DNA of 64,000 nucleotides from NCBI RefSeq assembly GCF_036588685.1, contig NC_086377.1, positions 744,001 to 808,000 of the forward strand, read 5' to 3'. The notes beneath the pieces were generated by a model. The model was not told where the DNA came from, made no database searches, and saw nothing but the letters and a program-made list of their open reading frames with translations. Shown one piece after another: positions 53,801 to 64,000 of this stretch; the stretch's first letter is position 1; each line of letters begins with the position of its first letter. A program made the position numbers and the translations under genes. The DNA comes from Mytilus trossulus (Eukaryota).

Positions 53801-56800
53801 AAGTGTACGGGTTTGAAATAGGATTTGGGTTATTGTAGTGTCAATGTGACACCTAGCGACGTAGCCTAGGGTTAGGGTAAGGGGTTTGGGTTAGGGTAAG
53901 GATAAGGGTAAGGGTTAGGGTTATGAATAAGAGTTAGAGTTAGAGTTAGGAATATGATTAGGGGTTAGGAGTTAGATCAGGGTTAGGGTTTGTTAAAGTT
54001 ATGATAAGCATGATAAGGTTAAAGTAAAAATTGTAGTAAGTGTAAGGGTAAGGCTATAACAAGTATATCATCTAGTGCCGTAGGCTGTGTCAGTGTGCCT
54101 TCTTAGTTTATTTGTGTAGGTTGTTTAAATGTGTTTTATTGCGTCATATATGTCTTGGTAAAGAGCTAGGTTAGGTTTAGGGAATGGTTAAGGCTGTATC
54201 GATAAGATCGTTCTCTGTTTATTATATGCATATACAATTGACTGAGTTGATTATATTGATTAACCGTGGCAATATCGATACTACCAAGCTCCAATAAAAA
54301 TTTTGAATATACAGTTGACCGAGTTGATTATATTGATCAACCGTGACACAATCGTATCGATTGTACTCGATCGATACGATCGTATTCCACTTAAAATATG
54401 AATATACAGTTGACTAAGTTGATTGTATTGTTCAACTGTGGCACAATCGTATCGATTGTACACGATTGATACGATCGTGTTCCATTTAAATATGAATATC
54501 AAAATTGACTGAGTTGATTGTATTGATCAACTGTGGCACAATCGTATCGATTGTACACGATCGATACGATCGTGTTCCACTTAAAATATGGATATACAGT
54601 TGACTGACTTGATTATATTGATTAACCATGCCACATTGATCTTTACTTAAAATATGAAATTACAGTTCGGAATGTCTAGTTTTGTGTACACTGAACCTAC
54701 GCAAGGCCTACATCGACCATCGACTGCATGTAGACAAAACATGATTTAAACTACATGTAAACCTTGAGTTTTATCAATGGGAACGTAATTATGTTTAGTT
54801 TATATGTGAGTTACACTAACACAACACCGAGTTTAGGTCAATGTGAACACGGCCTAAGGTTATAAGAATATGTATTAAAATACAGAGTTGACTGAGTTGA
54901 CCATATTTATCAACATTCATAATTAGTTTGTAATTTTAATGAAGAGTTGACTGAGTTGAATAAATTTATCAACTGTGGAACAATTGTAACGATTCAATAC
55001 GATCGATACGATCGTGCAACGTTTTAAATATAAAAAAAAAGGGTTGACTGAGTTGAATAAATTGTTCAACTGTGGCACAATCGTAATGCTTGAATACGAT
55101 CGATACGATCGTGCAACGTTTTAAATATATAAAAAAAATAGAGTTGATTAGATTGATCAACTGTGGCACAATCGTAATGATTGAATACGATAGATACGTT
55201 CCTGCAACGTTTAAAATATAAAAATATAACAAAAATAGAGTTGAATGAGTTGATTAGATTGATCAACTGCGGCACAATCGTAATGATTGAATACGATCGA
55301 TACGATCGTGCAACGTTTAAAATATAAAAAAATAGAGTTGACTGAGTTGAATAAATTGTTCAACTGTGGCACAATCGTAACGATTGAATACGATCGATAC
55401 GATCGTGCAACGTTTAAAATATAAAAAAATAGAGTTGACTGAGTTGAATAAATTGTTCAACTGTGGCACAATCGTAACGATTGAATACGATCGATACGAT
55501 CGTGCAACGTTTAAAATATAAAAAAATAAAGTTGACTGAGTTGAATAACTTGTTCAACTGTGGCACAATCGTAACGATTGAATACGATAGATACGATCGT
55601 GCAACGTTTAAAATATAAAAAAAATAGAGTTGACCGAGTTGAATAAATTGTTCAACTGTTCCACAATCGTAATGATTGAATACGATCGATACGATCGTGC
55701 AACGTTTTAAATATATAAAAAAAATAGAGTTGACTGAGTTGATTAGATTGATCAACTGTGGCACAATCGTAACGATTGAATACGATAGATACGATCGTGC
55801 AACGTTAAAAAAGAAAGAGTTGACTGAGTTGATTCAATTGATCAACTGTGGCACAATCGTAATAATTGAATACGATCGATACGATCGTGCAACGTTTAAA
55901 ATATAAAAAAAATAGAGTTGACTGAGTTGAATAAATTGTCCAACTGTGGCACAATTGTAACGATTGAATACGATCGATACGATCGTGCAACGTTTAAAAT
56001 ATAAAAAAAAATAGAGTTGACTGAGTTGATTAGATTGATCAACTGTGGCACAATCGTAACGATTGAATACGATCGATACGATCGTGCAACGTTTAAAATA
56101 TAAAAAATAGAGTTGACTGAGTTGATTCAATTGATCAACTGTGGCACAATCGTAACGATTGAATACGATCGATACGATCGTGCAACGTTTAAAATATAAA
56201 AAAATAGAGTTGACTGAGTTGAATAAATTGATCAACTGTGACACAATCGTAACGATTGAATACAATCGATACGATCGTGCAACGTTTAAAATATAAAAAA
56301 AAATAGAGTTGACTGAGTTGATTAATCCAGACACTAAGAAAGTTTGTAAATTTGGTACAACAATTGATTGAATCGACACATTGACACGATCGAATACAGT
56401 TGACAAGATAATTATACTATAAAAAAAATATTGTCGAATCAATCGATTGTCGAATACTGTACCATACTCGCTCATAGATCAAAAATAAACTGACAACACC
56501 ATGGCTAAAACAAAAGATACCAAACGAACAGTCAGGCTCATAGATCAAAAATAAACTGACAACACCATGGCTAAAACAAAAGATACCAAACGAACAGTCA
56601 GGCTCATAGATCAAAAATAAACTAACAACACCATGGCTAAAACAAAGATACCAAACTAACAGTCAGGCTCATAGATCAAAAATAAACTGACAACACCATG
56701 GCTAAAACAAAAGATACCAAACTAACAGTCAGGCTCATAGATAAAAAATAGACTGACAACACCATGGCTAAAACAAAACATACCAAATGAACAGTCAGGC

Positions 56801-59675
56801 TCATAGATCAAAAATAAACTGACAACACCATGGCTAAAACAAAACATACCAAATGAACAGTCAGGCTCATAGATCAAAAATAAACTGACAACACCATGGC
56901 TAAAACAAAAGATACCAAACGAACAGTCAGGCTCATAGATCAAAAATAAACTGACAACACCATGGCTAAAACAAAAGATACCAAACGAACAGTCAGGCTC
57001 ATAGATCAAAAATAAACTAACAACACCATGGCTAAAACAAAGATACCAAACTAACAGTCAGGCTCATCAAAAATAAACTGACAACACCATGGCTAAAACA
57101 AAAGATACCAAACGAACAGTCAGGCTCATCAAAAATAAACTGACAACACCATGGCTACAATAAAAGATACCAAACGAACAGTCAGGCTCATAGATCAAAA
57201 ATAAACTGACAACACCATGGCTAAAACAAAAGATACCAATAAACAGTCAGGCTCATAGATCAAAAATAAACTGACAACACCATGGCTAAAACAAAAGATA
57301 CCAAACGAACAGTCAGGCTCATAGATCAAAAATAAACTGACAACACCATGGCTAAAACAAAAGATACCAATAAACAGTCAGGCTCATAGATCAAAAATAA
57401 ACTGACAACACCATGGCTAAAACAAAAGATATCAAACGAACAGTCAGGCTCATAGATCAAAAATAAACTGACAACACCATGGCTAAAACAAAAGATACCA
57501 AACGAACAGTCAGGCTCATAGATCAAAAATAAACTGACAACACCATGGCTAAAACAAAAGATACCAAACGAACAGTCAGGCTCATCAAAAATAAACTGAC
57601 AACACCATGGCTACAATAAAAGATACCAAACGAACAGTCAGGCTCATAGATCAAAAATAAACTGACAACACCATGGCTAAAACAAAGGATACCAAACGAA
57701 CAGTCAGGCTCATAGATCAAAAATAAACTGACAACACCATAGCTAAAACAAAAGATATCAAACGAACAGTCAGGCTTATAGATCAAAAATAAACTGACAA
57801 CACCATAGCTAAAACAAAAGATACCAAACTAACAGTCAGGCTCATAGATAAAAAATAGACTGACAACACCATGGCTAAAACAAAACATACCAAATGAACA
57901 GTCAGGCTCATAGATCAAAAAATAAACTGATAACACCATGGCTAAAACAAAAGATACCAATAAACAGTCAGGCTCATAGATCAAAAAATAAACTGACAAC
58001 ACCATGGATAAAACAAAAGATACCAAACGAACAGTCAGGCTCATAGATCACAAATAGACTGACAACACCATGGCTAAAACAAAGATACCAAACTAACAGT
58101 CAGGCTCATAGATCAAAAAATAAACTGATAACGCCATGGCTAAAACAAAAGATACCAAACTAACAGTCAGGCTCATAGATCAAAAAAAAACTGACAACGC
58201 CATGGCTAAAACAAAAGATACCAAACGAACAGTCAGGCTCATAGATCAAAAATAAACTGACAACACCATGGCTAAAACAAAAGATACCAAATGAACAGTC
58301 AGGCTCATAGATCACAAATAGACTGACAACACCATGGCTTAAACAAAAGATACCAAATGAACAGTCAGGCTCATAGATTAAAAAATAAACTGATAACACC
58401 ATGGCTAAAACAAAAGATACCAAACGAACAGTCAGGCTCATAGATCAAAAATAAACTGACAACACCATGGCTAACACAAAAGATACCAAACGAACAGTCA
58501 GGCTCATAGATCAAAAATAAACTGACAACACCATGGCTAACACAAAAGATAAAAAATGAACCTGTTAATTTATAGTGTTTTTGTTTGCTATGCATCAATT
58601 TTTCTTTTGTCAAGCATTGATTGTATTTAAGCACTGATTCTTTACACTATAATTCCAGAGTGAATAAAATAAGCCAGTTACTGAGTTAGTGAAGTGATAG
58701 AATTTATACTTGAGTATATTTTAACATAGTATTCATTGAATAATAATACATCACTACTAATTTGTTGAGTGTATTTTCTGTGGTATATTATATTATTTTA
58801 TTTTATCATTTATAAAACTTGTTACATACCTTTTATTGTTTGTGTATTTATAGATTATCATTGATCATCTCAATGAGATTGATTTTCTCGGTTGAGCTGG
58901 TACAGCGAAAGTGAGAAAAGTAATTGAGTTGAGATGACCAATAATAATCTATTTATCGCTATTTTACCTTTGACGAGGTTGTCAATTTCGTTAGCAACGC
59001 CACGTGGCCTCCTTAGTTTCTAGTGATAATTTTTCCATCTCAAGCGAGAAGCATGATATGAAAATTATCACAATAAAAGATCAAAACAAAATAGCGATAA
59101 TGCGTATTAGTCCAAATAATTAGGACATCTTGAAAAGGCTATTATATTAATATATAAATATAATAGCCTTTCAAGACGTCATAATTATTTGGACTAATTG
59201 CATATATGTTATTGTTTATAATAATATTGTCTGTATGATATGCCCTCCTGGGTGGGTCTCATTGGGGTCTAAGCGTGATGCAGGATTGCTGATTTTTTTG
59301 TAAGCGTGACACGTGAAAGTCAAATTTTTGTGTCGTGAAAACGGGAAATGAGGTCTTTCCGGACCCAGAAATGACAAGAAAATGAGAATTGCTTAGGTAT
59401 ATAGTGTAAGCAGGATACGGAAATCTGACAAAACAGTAAGTGGGATACGGGATCGGAACCCCCAATGAGACCCACTCCTGGGGCCCTAATTTGGTAAATA
59501 AAAATATTCTATATTTATACAGATATTTGTAATATATACATGTCATCTATAAAAGAAAACACCCGATACTTCAATGTGAATAACAAGTAACCTTATAAAT
59601 GGAATCTTTCGTTAAACTTTGAATTAAGGAATCAAACTCTGTAGTACCAACTGTAACAAATACAGTTTTAGACAT
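29881..59675 (-). CDS. ALG13: UDP-N-acetylglucosamine transferase subunit ALG13, short form, 169 aa
   Basis: Exons 59675-59592 ([18 protein letters not shown]), 36846-36681 ([11 protein letters not shown]...[21 protein letters not shown]), 34583-34445 ([32 protein letters not shown]), 30001-29881 ([17 protein letters not shown]...*). Canonical splice sites, 510 nt. Intron 1 is 22.7 kb. Confidence 0.96.
30238..32905. repeat. 72-bp satellite, ~37 copies (ALG13 intron 3)
   Basis: TCCAATCAAATCTGGAAGACTACCAAATAACTACAGGAATCAATCCAAGTGGACAAGTGAGAAATGGCAAAA repeated. Confidence 0.97.
35135..36742 (-). repeat. 76-bp tandem array of the ALG13 exon-2 3' end plus donor, ~21 copies
   Basis: Minus strand AGATATAAACCCTCCATAGCTGATGACATCAGT...CATGCAG|GTAACTATAGTAACC; period 76; two copies carry a 10-bp insertion. 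Confidence 0.95.
36995..38448. repeat. 66-bp satellite, left part (~22 copies), target of the KDZ element
   Basis: ATCAAAAATAAACTGACAACACCATGGCTAAAACAAAAGATACCAAACGAACAGTCAGGCTCATAG; ends exactly at GCTCATAG 38441-38448. Confidence 0.95.
38530..38940. repeat. Left subterminal array, ~86-bp CpG-rich units
   Basis: TCGAATCAATCAACTCAATG...CTCGATCGTAACGATCGATACGATCGATATCGATTGAACG at ~38701, 38787, 38873. Confidence 0.85.
39340..40255 (+). repeat. Internal ~490-bp duplication ending in 30-bp TAGCGCCGTAGGCTGTGTCAATATGCCGCC repeats
   Basis: TTATTATCAAATGAATATTAGA at ~39341 and ~39831. The first copy has a ~130-bp dispersed-repeat fragment in place of GCGCCGTAGGCT. Confidence 0.8.
40718..40990 (+). 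pseudogene. 3' fragment of a non-LTR retrotransposon ORF2 (C-terminal CCHC region), frameshifted
   Basis: [11 protein letters not shown] and [28 protein letters not shown] (different frames) match the typical LINE C-terminal 'IETGRY..ER.C..C...E.E.H.LL.C..Y..LR' pattern. Confidence 0.7.
41390..45082 (-). CDS. KDZ transposase with CxC5- and CxC6-like cysteine clusters, ~603 aa
   Basis: Exons 45082-44207, 43772-43561, 42721-42612, 42003-41390; phases compatible, 1812 nt, no stops. Motifs: CTHCVLC...ECRIC...YNVSYY...[11 protein letters not shown] (CxC5-like); [27 protein letters not shown] (CxC6-like and first Asp); [21 protein letters not shown]; YDRCC; VDIFHVLKH; NTESCEQAF. Confidence 0.88.
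45083..45272. promoter_or_regulatory. Putative bidirectional promoter between the transposase and ATPase genes
   Basis: Only 190 bp separate the divergent ATGs (45082 -, 45273 +). CpG-containing, with GCGAAATTCGC, TTTTCCGC and TTACGTCA motifs. Confidence 0.6.
45273..51524 (+). CDS. DUF3987/YfjI-like AAA+ (MCM-like) putative helicase/ATPase, ~538 aa
   Basis: Exons 45273-45441, 46128-46426, 47016-47260, 48240-48556, 49100-49258, 49763-49959, 50910-51075, 51460-51524; all GT-AG, 1617 nt in frame, AATAAA at 51564. Motifs: [29 protein letters not shown] (Walker A-like), [17 protein letters not shown] (Walker B-like), [13 protein letters not shown] (Arg-finger-like), [22 protein letters not shown]. 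Confidence 0.82.
47335..47660. mobile_element. Non-autonomous element ending in a ~100-bp palindrome; second partial copy at ~48655-48925
   Basis: TTCTGATTGG near the start; GGGTTGTAAAAGCGTTGAC...GTCAACGCTTTTACACCCC palindrome; two intronic copies. Confidence 0.6.
50087..50476. mobile_element. Kolobok-like MITE nested in intron 6 of the ATPase gene
   Basis: TTAA|GGATGTCTGCTG ... CAGCAGACATCC|TTAA. Confidence 0.75.
52190..54200 (+). repeat. Complex repeat of GCGCCGTAGGCT motifs interspersed with (TTAGGG)n telomere-like runs; contains the assembly gap
   Basis: ~20 GCCGTAGGCT-type motifs; perfect (TTAGGG)4 at 53769-53792; many 2-3 unit runs and GTAAGG/TTAGAG variants; N at 53221-53372. Confidence 0.85.
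54235..56330. repeat. Right subterminal array, ~97-bp CpG-rich units (~14 good plus ~4 degenerate)
   Basis: AGAGTTGACTGAGTTGAATAAATTGTTCAACTGTGGCACAATCGTAACGATTGAATACGATCGATACGATCGTGCAACGTTTAAAATAT(A)n. Confidence 0.92.
56470..58550. repeat. 66-bp satellite, right part (~32 copies)
   Basis: Same unit and orientation as 36995-38448; restarts at GCTCATAG. Confidence 0.95.
59105..59198. repeat. Short palindromic hairpin (similar hairpins at ~58852-58951 and ~62761-62887), probably MITE remnants
   Basis: ATTAGTCCAAATAATTA...GAAAAGGCTATTATAT / ATATAATAGCCTTTCAAGA...TAATTATTTGGACTAAT. Confidence 0.65.
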
Positions 59676-61320
59676 TGCCAGCAATCACCTGCTGTTCGTA
59701 AATCGGGTCCGGATTTGACTTTAATTTTAGTTCGATCATTTTTACATTTTTTGGTTGAAATACTGTTTTACTGTAATTTTTTAATAAAATTTCATTTTTC
59801 TGCTAAAATTTGTTTTTGATATTGATAAAACAACATTCCAAGACTATAATTCATCTTTATTTTTATTACCTTGACCTTGGTTTTTAACCAATCAGGTCAC
59901 GGATAAAATTAAGCCCACTCCGATTACCGAAATGGATTTTACAAACAAAACAAATCAAACCTGAGTGAAAATTTACATATAAAGGTATATTCTACTTTAA
60001 GATAGAAAACAAAATACATTAAGCTTTAGTATAAAAAAATGTTTTACATAACCAACTAGTCAGTTTTACATTTAACAATTTCCTGACTTCGGTTTTCACG
60101 AACGAACTTATCGACCCTGCTTTTGTTTGTTTCTTTTCCTTTTAACGTCTGTCATATTGTCTTGAAAGGTGCGGAAGACATTGACTAATCAAGAAACCTC
60201 GTCGTCTTTCATGTAAATAAGATTTAACATTTCGCACAATTTCATGTTTGATGGCGATCATGGGGGAATAGGACCTTTATCTGGTCTTATCTATTTAAAA
60301 GCTTTTAAGATGCGAAGGCCATAGTTTGCAACATCTATCATGTCTATAGGATGTGCCAGCCAGGCGGTATCAGGATCGTTCTCTGTATGTTCGTTCGCAC
60401 TGAGTTTGTTTGCCCTGATAGTCTCTTCGCCCTATAATCATTTATGATATGTATAATATATGTTACATCAATGAACCGTTTAGGAAATAAATGTGTGCGA
60501 AGTACAGTTCGGAATTGATCTTGTTTATATAACTATTACTGAATATTTTTAAATTGTTAAAATGTATCAATAAAGTTCATGAAGTTAATAAATATGTAAA
60601 TAACTTAGACATGTTAGTCTTTAGTTGTTTTATGTCAAATACTTTGTAGTCTTTGAATTTACAGAAAATTATCCTTGTAGAAGCAAGACAACAACTTAGT
60701 CTTCAGTTGTTTTACATTTGAAAATACAATGTAGTGCTGAAATTCTGAGAAACTTATTTCCTAATAGCAGTACCACAGCATATATCATGTAAATAAATAT
60801 TCGGTGAATATTAACACGATTAAAGTCATAAGAAACCTCAAATCAAAAAAAAATATGCATATGTTTTTTTATAACTAAATGGATAGTTTCCATTACACAA
60901 CTTGTGTACATTTATTTTTTTCTGAGGAAAATTCTTTAATTTGTCCACATTTAGAAGAAGTTTACTTATTTTTAATTGCTTGCTTCCAGGAAGCAATTCA
61001 CCAACACATTTTCCGTATGCATAGTGACCCGAGTGTAACCCTCTTCGTAAAAATCTGGTGACCACATTACGCATGGATCTGTTATTGAAATTAACAAATA
61101 TCTGATTATACATTTGAAACACATGCTCAATACCCATGCTTTTTGTGATTTGTTTACTATAAGGTGACAATCGGTAAAACTCGGCTTCAAAACAAGGCAT
61201 TTAATGAGCAGCCATATTTGTTAAATCATAACAAACAGAGAGAAAAAAATTGACAATTATATAAAATGTTTGCGAAAATAATGATTAAATCGTGCACATA
61301 GGACTAACACATGTAACAGT

Positions 61321-61970
61321 CAGAGCTCAGACATAAACAAGTCGATTTTTGTTTTTGACTTAAATAAGTCCAAACATGTATTTATTATAAAAATGTAGTT
61401 TCAATTTTAGACTTATCTAAGTCAGAAAATGACAGACTTGTTTAGGTCTATTCATGTTGGTGAAAAAACTTAATGTTACTTTGTGGCCAAACTACACCAC
61501 CTATGACAGCAAAAACCTGTATGAGAGTTCAAAAGGACTTGAGCTATCTATATTTAATTATCTAATTGAACATCCCTACTAAACACAGATGTTTTACCTC
61601 ATTAAGTGTGATTCCAGGTGGTTGCATTGTAAGGTTAATTAACATTATCTCCGATTTTTTAGACTCTCATTCATATTTTTCTTTAGAAGACAAAGCATTG
61701 ACTTTCAATGATGTCATTATTTGATTTAGATGCATGACCTCCTTATAAATATGCGTGGGTCTTGAAGTTAACCAATTTTTATCACTTATTGACTTGCAGG
61801 AGTCGATATTTGCAACTTTTTGATTCTGGTCAATTATTTATTGTTTAACAATATTGGACTTATTCAAGTCATATTTTGTGTTACATTAAAGGGAGACAAA
61901 TCCTAAAACTCACATATTTAGACCTCTATGAGTCAAAAGCAGATTCAGACTTATTTATGTCTGAGCTCTG
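61321..61970. mobile_element. MITE-like element with CAG...CTG termini (hAT-like ends; no TSD seen)
   Basis: CAGAGCTCAGACATAAAcAAGTC ... GACTTATTTATGTCTGAGCTCTG. Confidence 0.55.
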
Positions 61971-63292
61971 ACACTAAGTTTATGATGTATACATGCATTG
62001 GTTCAAGAATTGGACAAACATTATTTTTCACCGCTCACTCGTTTCATATGACTTTAACTTCAACATATTCAATTACATACAAATTATTTAGTCTTCAGTT
62101 GTTTTACATTTAAAAATACAATGTAGTGCTGAAATTCACAGAAACTTATATTTCCTAGTAACGCAATTACATACAGATATATCATCAATACCTTGAAGTC
62201 ACAATATTTTGTAGTCCTGAAACGTACTGAACTTATAATCAGTATATCAGTATAGCAGCTAGCTTTAGACAAGTTAACATGAAACATCGTAAATATTCGG
62301 CGAAATGGTAGACTGACTTCAACATATTCAATTATATAAACACAACCCAACAGTTACTATGGTTACACTATACTTAAAAATAACATCAGGGCGAACGGAC
62401 TCGGGGCAAACAGGTTTTAGGGCGAACAGAAACTGGGGCGAAACAAAATCAGGGCAGACAGACCCGGATTCCAGCCAGGCCACCACACTCATACACTGTG
62501 ATAGCCTCTTTATTTTGTTATATTGTATTATTCTTTGTCGTTGTGTTTTTAGAGACGTATCGTCCATAATTATAAAAATATAATAATGCAACATAGTTAT
62601 GACATAAATATATTGTAGTATTTACATGATAAATAGCGAAATAGTTGCATTAAAAATTTGACATAACCAGATAAAACAGACACTATTTTATTTATATGTC
62701 CATATATATCATGTATATTTGGGGTATTTTACCTGATTTATTATACGCTTTAAATAAAATATAGCTGAGAGGGTGATGGAGCAGATAATTTGGTACCACA
62801 AAAAATCCTTGTCACCTGCGTTGAAACCATGGCTGACAATGCTTTTTTTAAGGGGTACCAATCTGCTCTATCACCCTCTCAGCTATGTGTTATTGAATTT
62901 ATTATACTAAATGATTATTATTGTCTTTTACAGATTTTAAAATTATAATTTAAAAGTATTTTCTATGACATCTCGACATAAACGTTATGGGTATTAGAAA
63001 GAACAAACGTTAGACAAAATATTTTTTTATTTTTTTATTTTGACAGTCAGATAATAAAGTCTGAGCCAAAACGTAAAACTGAAGCATTGTATTTAATTAC
63101 TTGATGTTCATTCAATTCAGTGTCCTTTAAATTTTTTATTGGTCTGGACAAGAGGGTAACATTAAAAATAGTTGTCACCTGCTCAGCCATGTGATAGAGT
63201 AAAGTAACACCCTCTTATTAGCAGCATTTCAACGTGAAGTATAAATCATGTAATAATAATATGATGTAATATTGATGTTGTGATTTCTAGGA

Positions 63293-63382
63293 ATGGAGTC
63301 CAGCCATCTGCCAGTCAGTCCAGACCTAGATGAACCTCCACCAACATGGACCAGTGGGGCGGCATTTCAGATCAAAACAGAG
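63293..63382 (+). CDS. Possible first coding exon of an unidentified gene divergent from ALG13
   Basis: TTTCTAG|GA-ATG...GAG|GTACAC; 30 codons MESSHLPVSPDLDEPPPTWTSGAAFQIKTE; GC-richer than its flanks. Confidence 0.4.
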
Positions 63383-63530
63383 GTACACACCAATCAAGTG
63401 CATAATCAAAATTGAGAATGAAAACAGAAAATATGTTAAAGAGACAACAACCGGACCAAAGAGCAGACAACAGGCTCCTCAATGCTCTTCAACTTTGTAT
63501 TTTTTTGGCTTTTTAACTATTTTGATATGA

Positions 63531-63583
63531 GCGTCACTGATCATGCTGATGAGTCTTATGTAGACGAAACGCGCGTCTGGCGT
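63531..63583 (+). ncRNA. Hammerhead ribozyme copy with a 9-nt insertion at the core/stem I junction
   Basis: GCGTCA-CTGATCATG-CTGATGA-GTCTTATGTAGAC-GAAA-CGCGCGTC-TGGCGT. Confidence 0.6.
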
Positions 63584-64000
63584 ATAAAATTGTAATCCTG
63601 GTACTTTTGATAACTAATTAGGCCATCAATGTTTGAAATGAAAAAAGTTCGGCCAGGGTTTTTTAATTTGTTCGTTTACTGATTTTCCCCATAAAAAGAT
63701 TGGGTCAGTCGGTTGGGAAAAAAAAAAATATCTTTCAAGACAGAAAAATATGCAAAATAAATATTTCACCTTTCTAACAATATGTTTGTTATGCTACATT
63801 TGTATTTTGTTGTAAATAAGTTTCAACACACGTGTCGAAAACGTAATAGACTCGTCCACTGGAAAAACTAGAATATCAGGTTAATCTGTTGTCATGCATT
63901 CACGTTTTTTATCCAAATGGACGATATTTTTTTATTTTCTATCAAACAAGAAAATTCCAAATGATTATTTAACTTGATGTCTTCCACCTGTCCACATTTG

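Larger units (their letters stand above)
38449..56469. mobile_element. 18-kb KDZ (Kyakuja/Zisupton-group) DNA transposon with two divergent genes
   Basis: TIRs 38449-38487 and 56431-56469 (35/39 identical). 8-bp TSD GCTCATAG at 38441-38448 and 56470-56477. Encodes a KDZ transposase and a DUF3987-like ATPase. Spans an N gap at 53221-53372. Confidence 0.9.

Noticed and set aside
54235-56330. CRISPR-like appearance of regularly spaced repeats (also 52190-54200 and 17880-19350)
   Set aside because: No unique spacers (inter-motif sequence is itself repeated), no cas genes, eukaryotic context.
37565-58634. Hydrophobic repeat ORFs ([22 protein letters not shown]), and the flanking 66-bp arrays read as LTRs
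   Set aside because: They are satellite translations. The two arrays are one array split in register with an 8-bp TSD, not terminal repeats of the element.
60838-61200. 120-aa minus-strand ORF
   Set aside because: No recognisable domain or splice context; likely a chance ORF in repeat-derived DNA.

Overview
AT-rich, intron-rich animal DNA. The dispersed repeats and hammerhead retrozymes suggest a bivalve (Mytilus-like); this is an inference. Host genes reconstructed by hand from GT-AG boundaries: (1) the 3' part of a GABP-beta gene (+, 1443-9341); (2) a complete 7-exon secreted trypsin-type protease with an N-terminal 6-Cys beta-defensin/clip-like module (+, 16845-25528); (3) a complete 4-exon short-form ALG13 (-, 59675-29881); (4) a possible first coding exon of a divergent gene (+, 63293). 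The main finding lies in ALG13 intron 1. An 18-kb DNA transposon (38449-56469) has 39-bp TIRs, an exact 8-bp target duplication (GCTCATAG) inside a 66-bp satellite, and CpG-rich subterminal arrays. It carries two intact spliced genes head-to-head, 190 bp apart: a CxC5/CxC6-KDZ (Kyakuja-Dileera-Zisupton) transposase and a DUF3987/YfjI-like AAA+ (MCM-like) putative helicase. The gene pair is flanked by GCC-GTA-GGC motif arrays and TTAGGG telomere-like repeats. A second pattern: at least six tandem arrays in three unrelated host genes are built from AG|GT exon-intron junctions. Also present are hammerhead-ribozyme retrozymes, Kolobok- and Spy-like MITEs and several ordinary satellites. All family assignments come from motif recognition, not database searches.
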